This document shows, piece after piece, positions 27,134-27,490 of a stretch of 27,490 nucleotides of DNA (positions within the stretch are counted from its first letter, which is position 1; each line of letters begins with the position of its first letter). The notes beneath the pieces are model-generated. The model was not told the DNA's origin. It worked only from the letters and a program-made list of their open reading frames with translations, and did no database searches. Source of the DNA: an uncultured Nitrospinaceae bacterium (lineage in GTDB: Bacteria; UBA8248); the NCBI GenBank assembly GCA_964005815.1, contig CAXFSR010000027.1, positions 1 to 27,490 on the forward strand, read 5' to 3'. A program made the translations under genes and the position numbers.

Positions 27134-27490
27134 TCAAATGACAAGAGATTCTAAGAAACACTTTGCAACTACAGTCCAATCAAAATTTTCAACTCTTTTC
27201 CTTCCCTTAGATTGTAAGGTCTTATAAAGTTCTTCATCTTGCAGAATACGAATAATAGAATCAGAGAGCCCCTGCAAATCATTCTCCTGAACTAGCAAAG
27301 CACAATCTCCTAAAACTTCCGGAACCGCTGAAACATTCATAGCAACAATAGGAAGACCTGAACACATCGCTTCTAAAAAAACTATACCAAATCCCTCTTG
27401 CAAACTGGGCAGGCAAAAAAGGCTTGCCTGTTCATAAAAGTTTACAACGTCTTTATTTGCAGGAACTTCTCCAACAATTTCAATATTTTC
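27134..27490 (-). CDS. Glycosyltransferase family 4, C-terminal part (continues beyond the window)
   Basis: Frame open to the edge: ...FCLPSLQEGFGIVFLEAMCSGLPIVA (E-x7-E motif). Confidence 0.88.
   Translation of the reverse strand, partial: ENIEIVGEVPANKDVVNFYEQASLFCLPSLQEGFGIVFLEAMCSGLPIVAMNVSAVPEVLGDCALLVQENDLQGLSDSIIRILQDEELYKTLQSKGRKRVENFDWTVVAKCFLESLVI

Overview
AT-rich bacterial chromosomal window (standard code; TGA is used as a normal stop) with four modules. (1) 302-7825 is a predicted light-inducible locus. A B12-binding MerR photoreceptor (CarH/LitR-type) is divergent from an operon of folE2, DUF4174, TIGR01777, a membrane protein, an unannotated ArsC/thioredoxin-fold selenoprotein (4075-4428; in-frame TGA in a UxxC motif with a SECIS-like hairpin; missed by the ORF track), a YbjT-like SDR, an SRPBCC protein and a class II CPD photolyase. 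CarH-type 11-bp direct repeats sit over its promoter and no carotenoid genes are present. (2) 7883-16617 is a divergent flavoenzyme cluster, probably for organosulfur catabolism: two SsuD-like monooxygenases, an AprA-like flavoprotein with a small AprB-like ferredoxin, an Old Yellow Enzyme, two atypical PanE paralogs and a PahZ1-like hydrolase split at an A9 / A-AAA-AAG slippery site. (3) 16628-23586 holds phoBR-pstSCAB-phoU with 11-bp-periodic pho-box-like arrays, directly downstream of tRNA-Ala(GGC). (4) 23730-27490 holds a TauE exporter, a MenB/BadI-type crotonase, a DoxX-like protein, a PEGA lipoprotein, a cyclophilin, a chorismate mutase and a partial GT4. All family calls come from motif recognition, not database searches.
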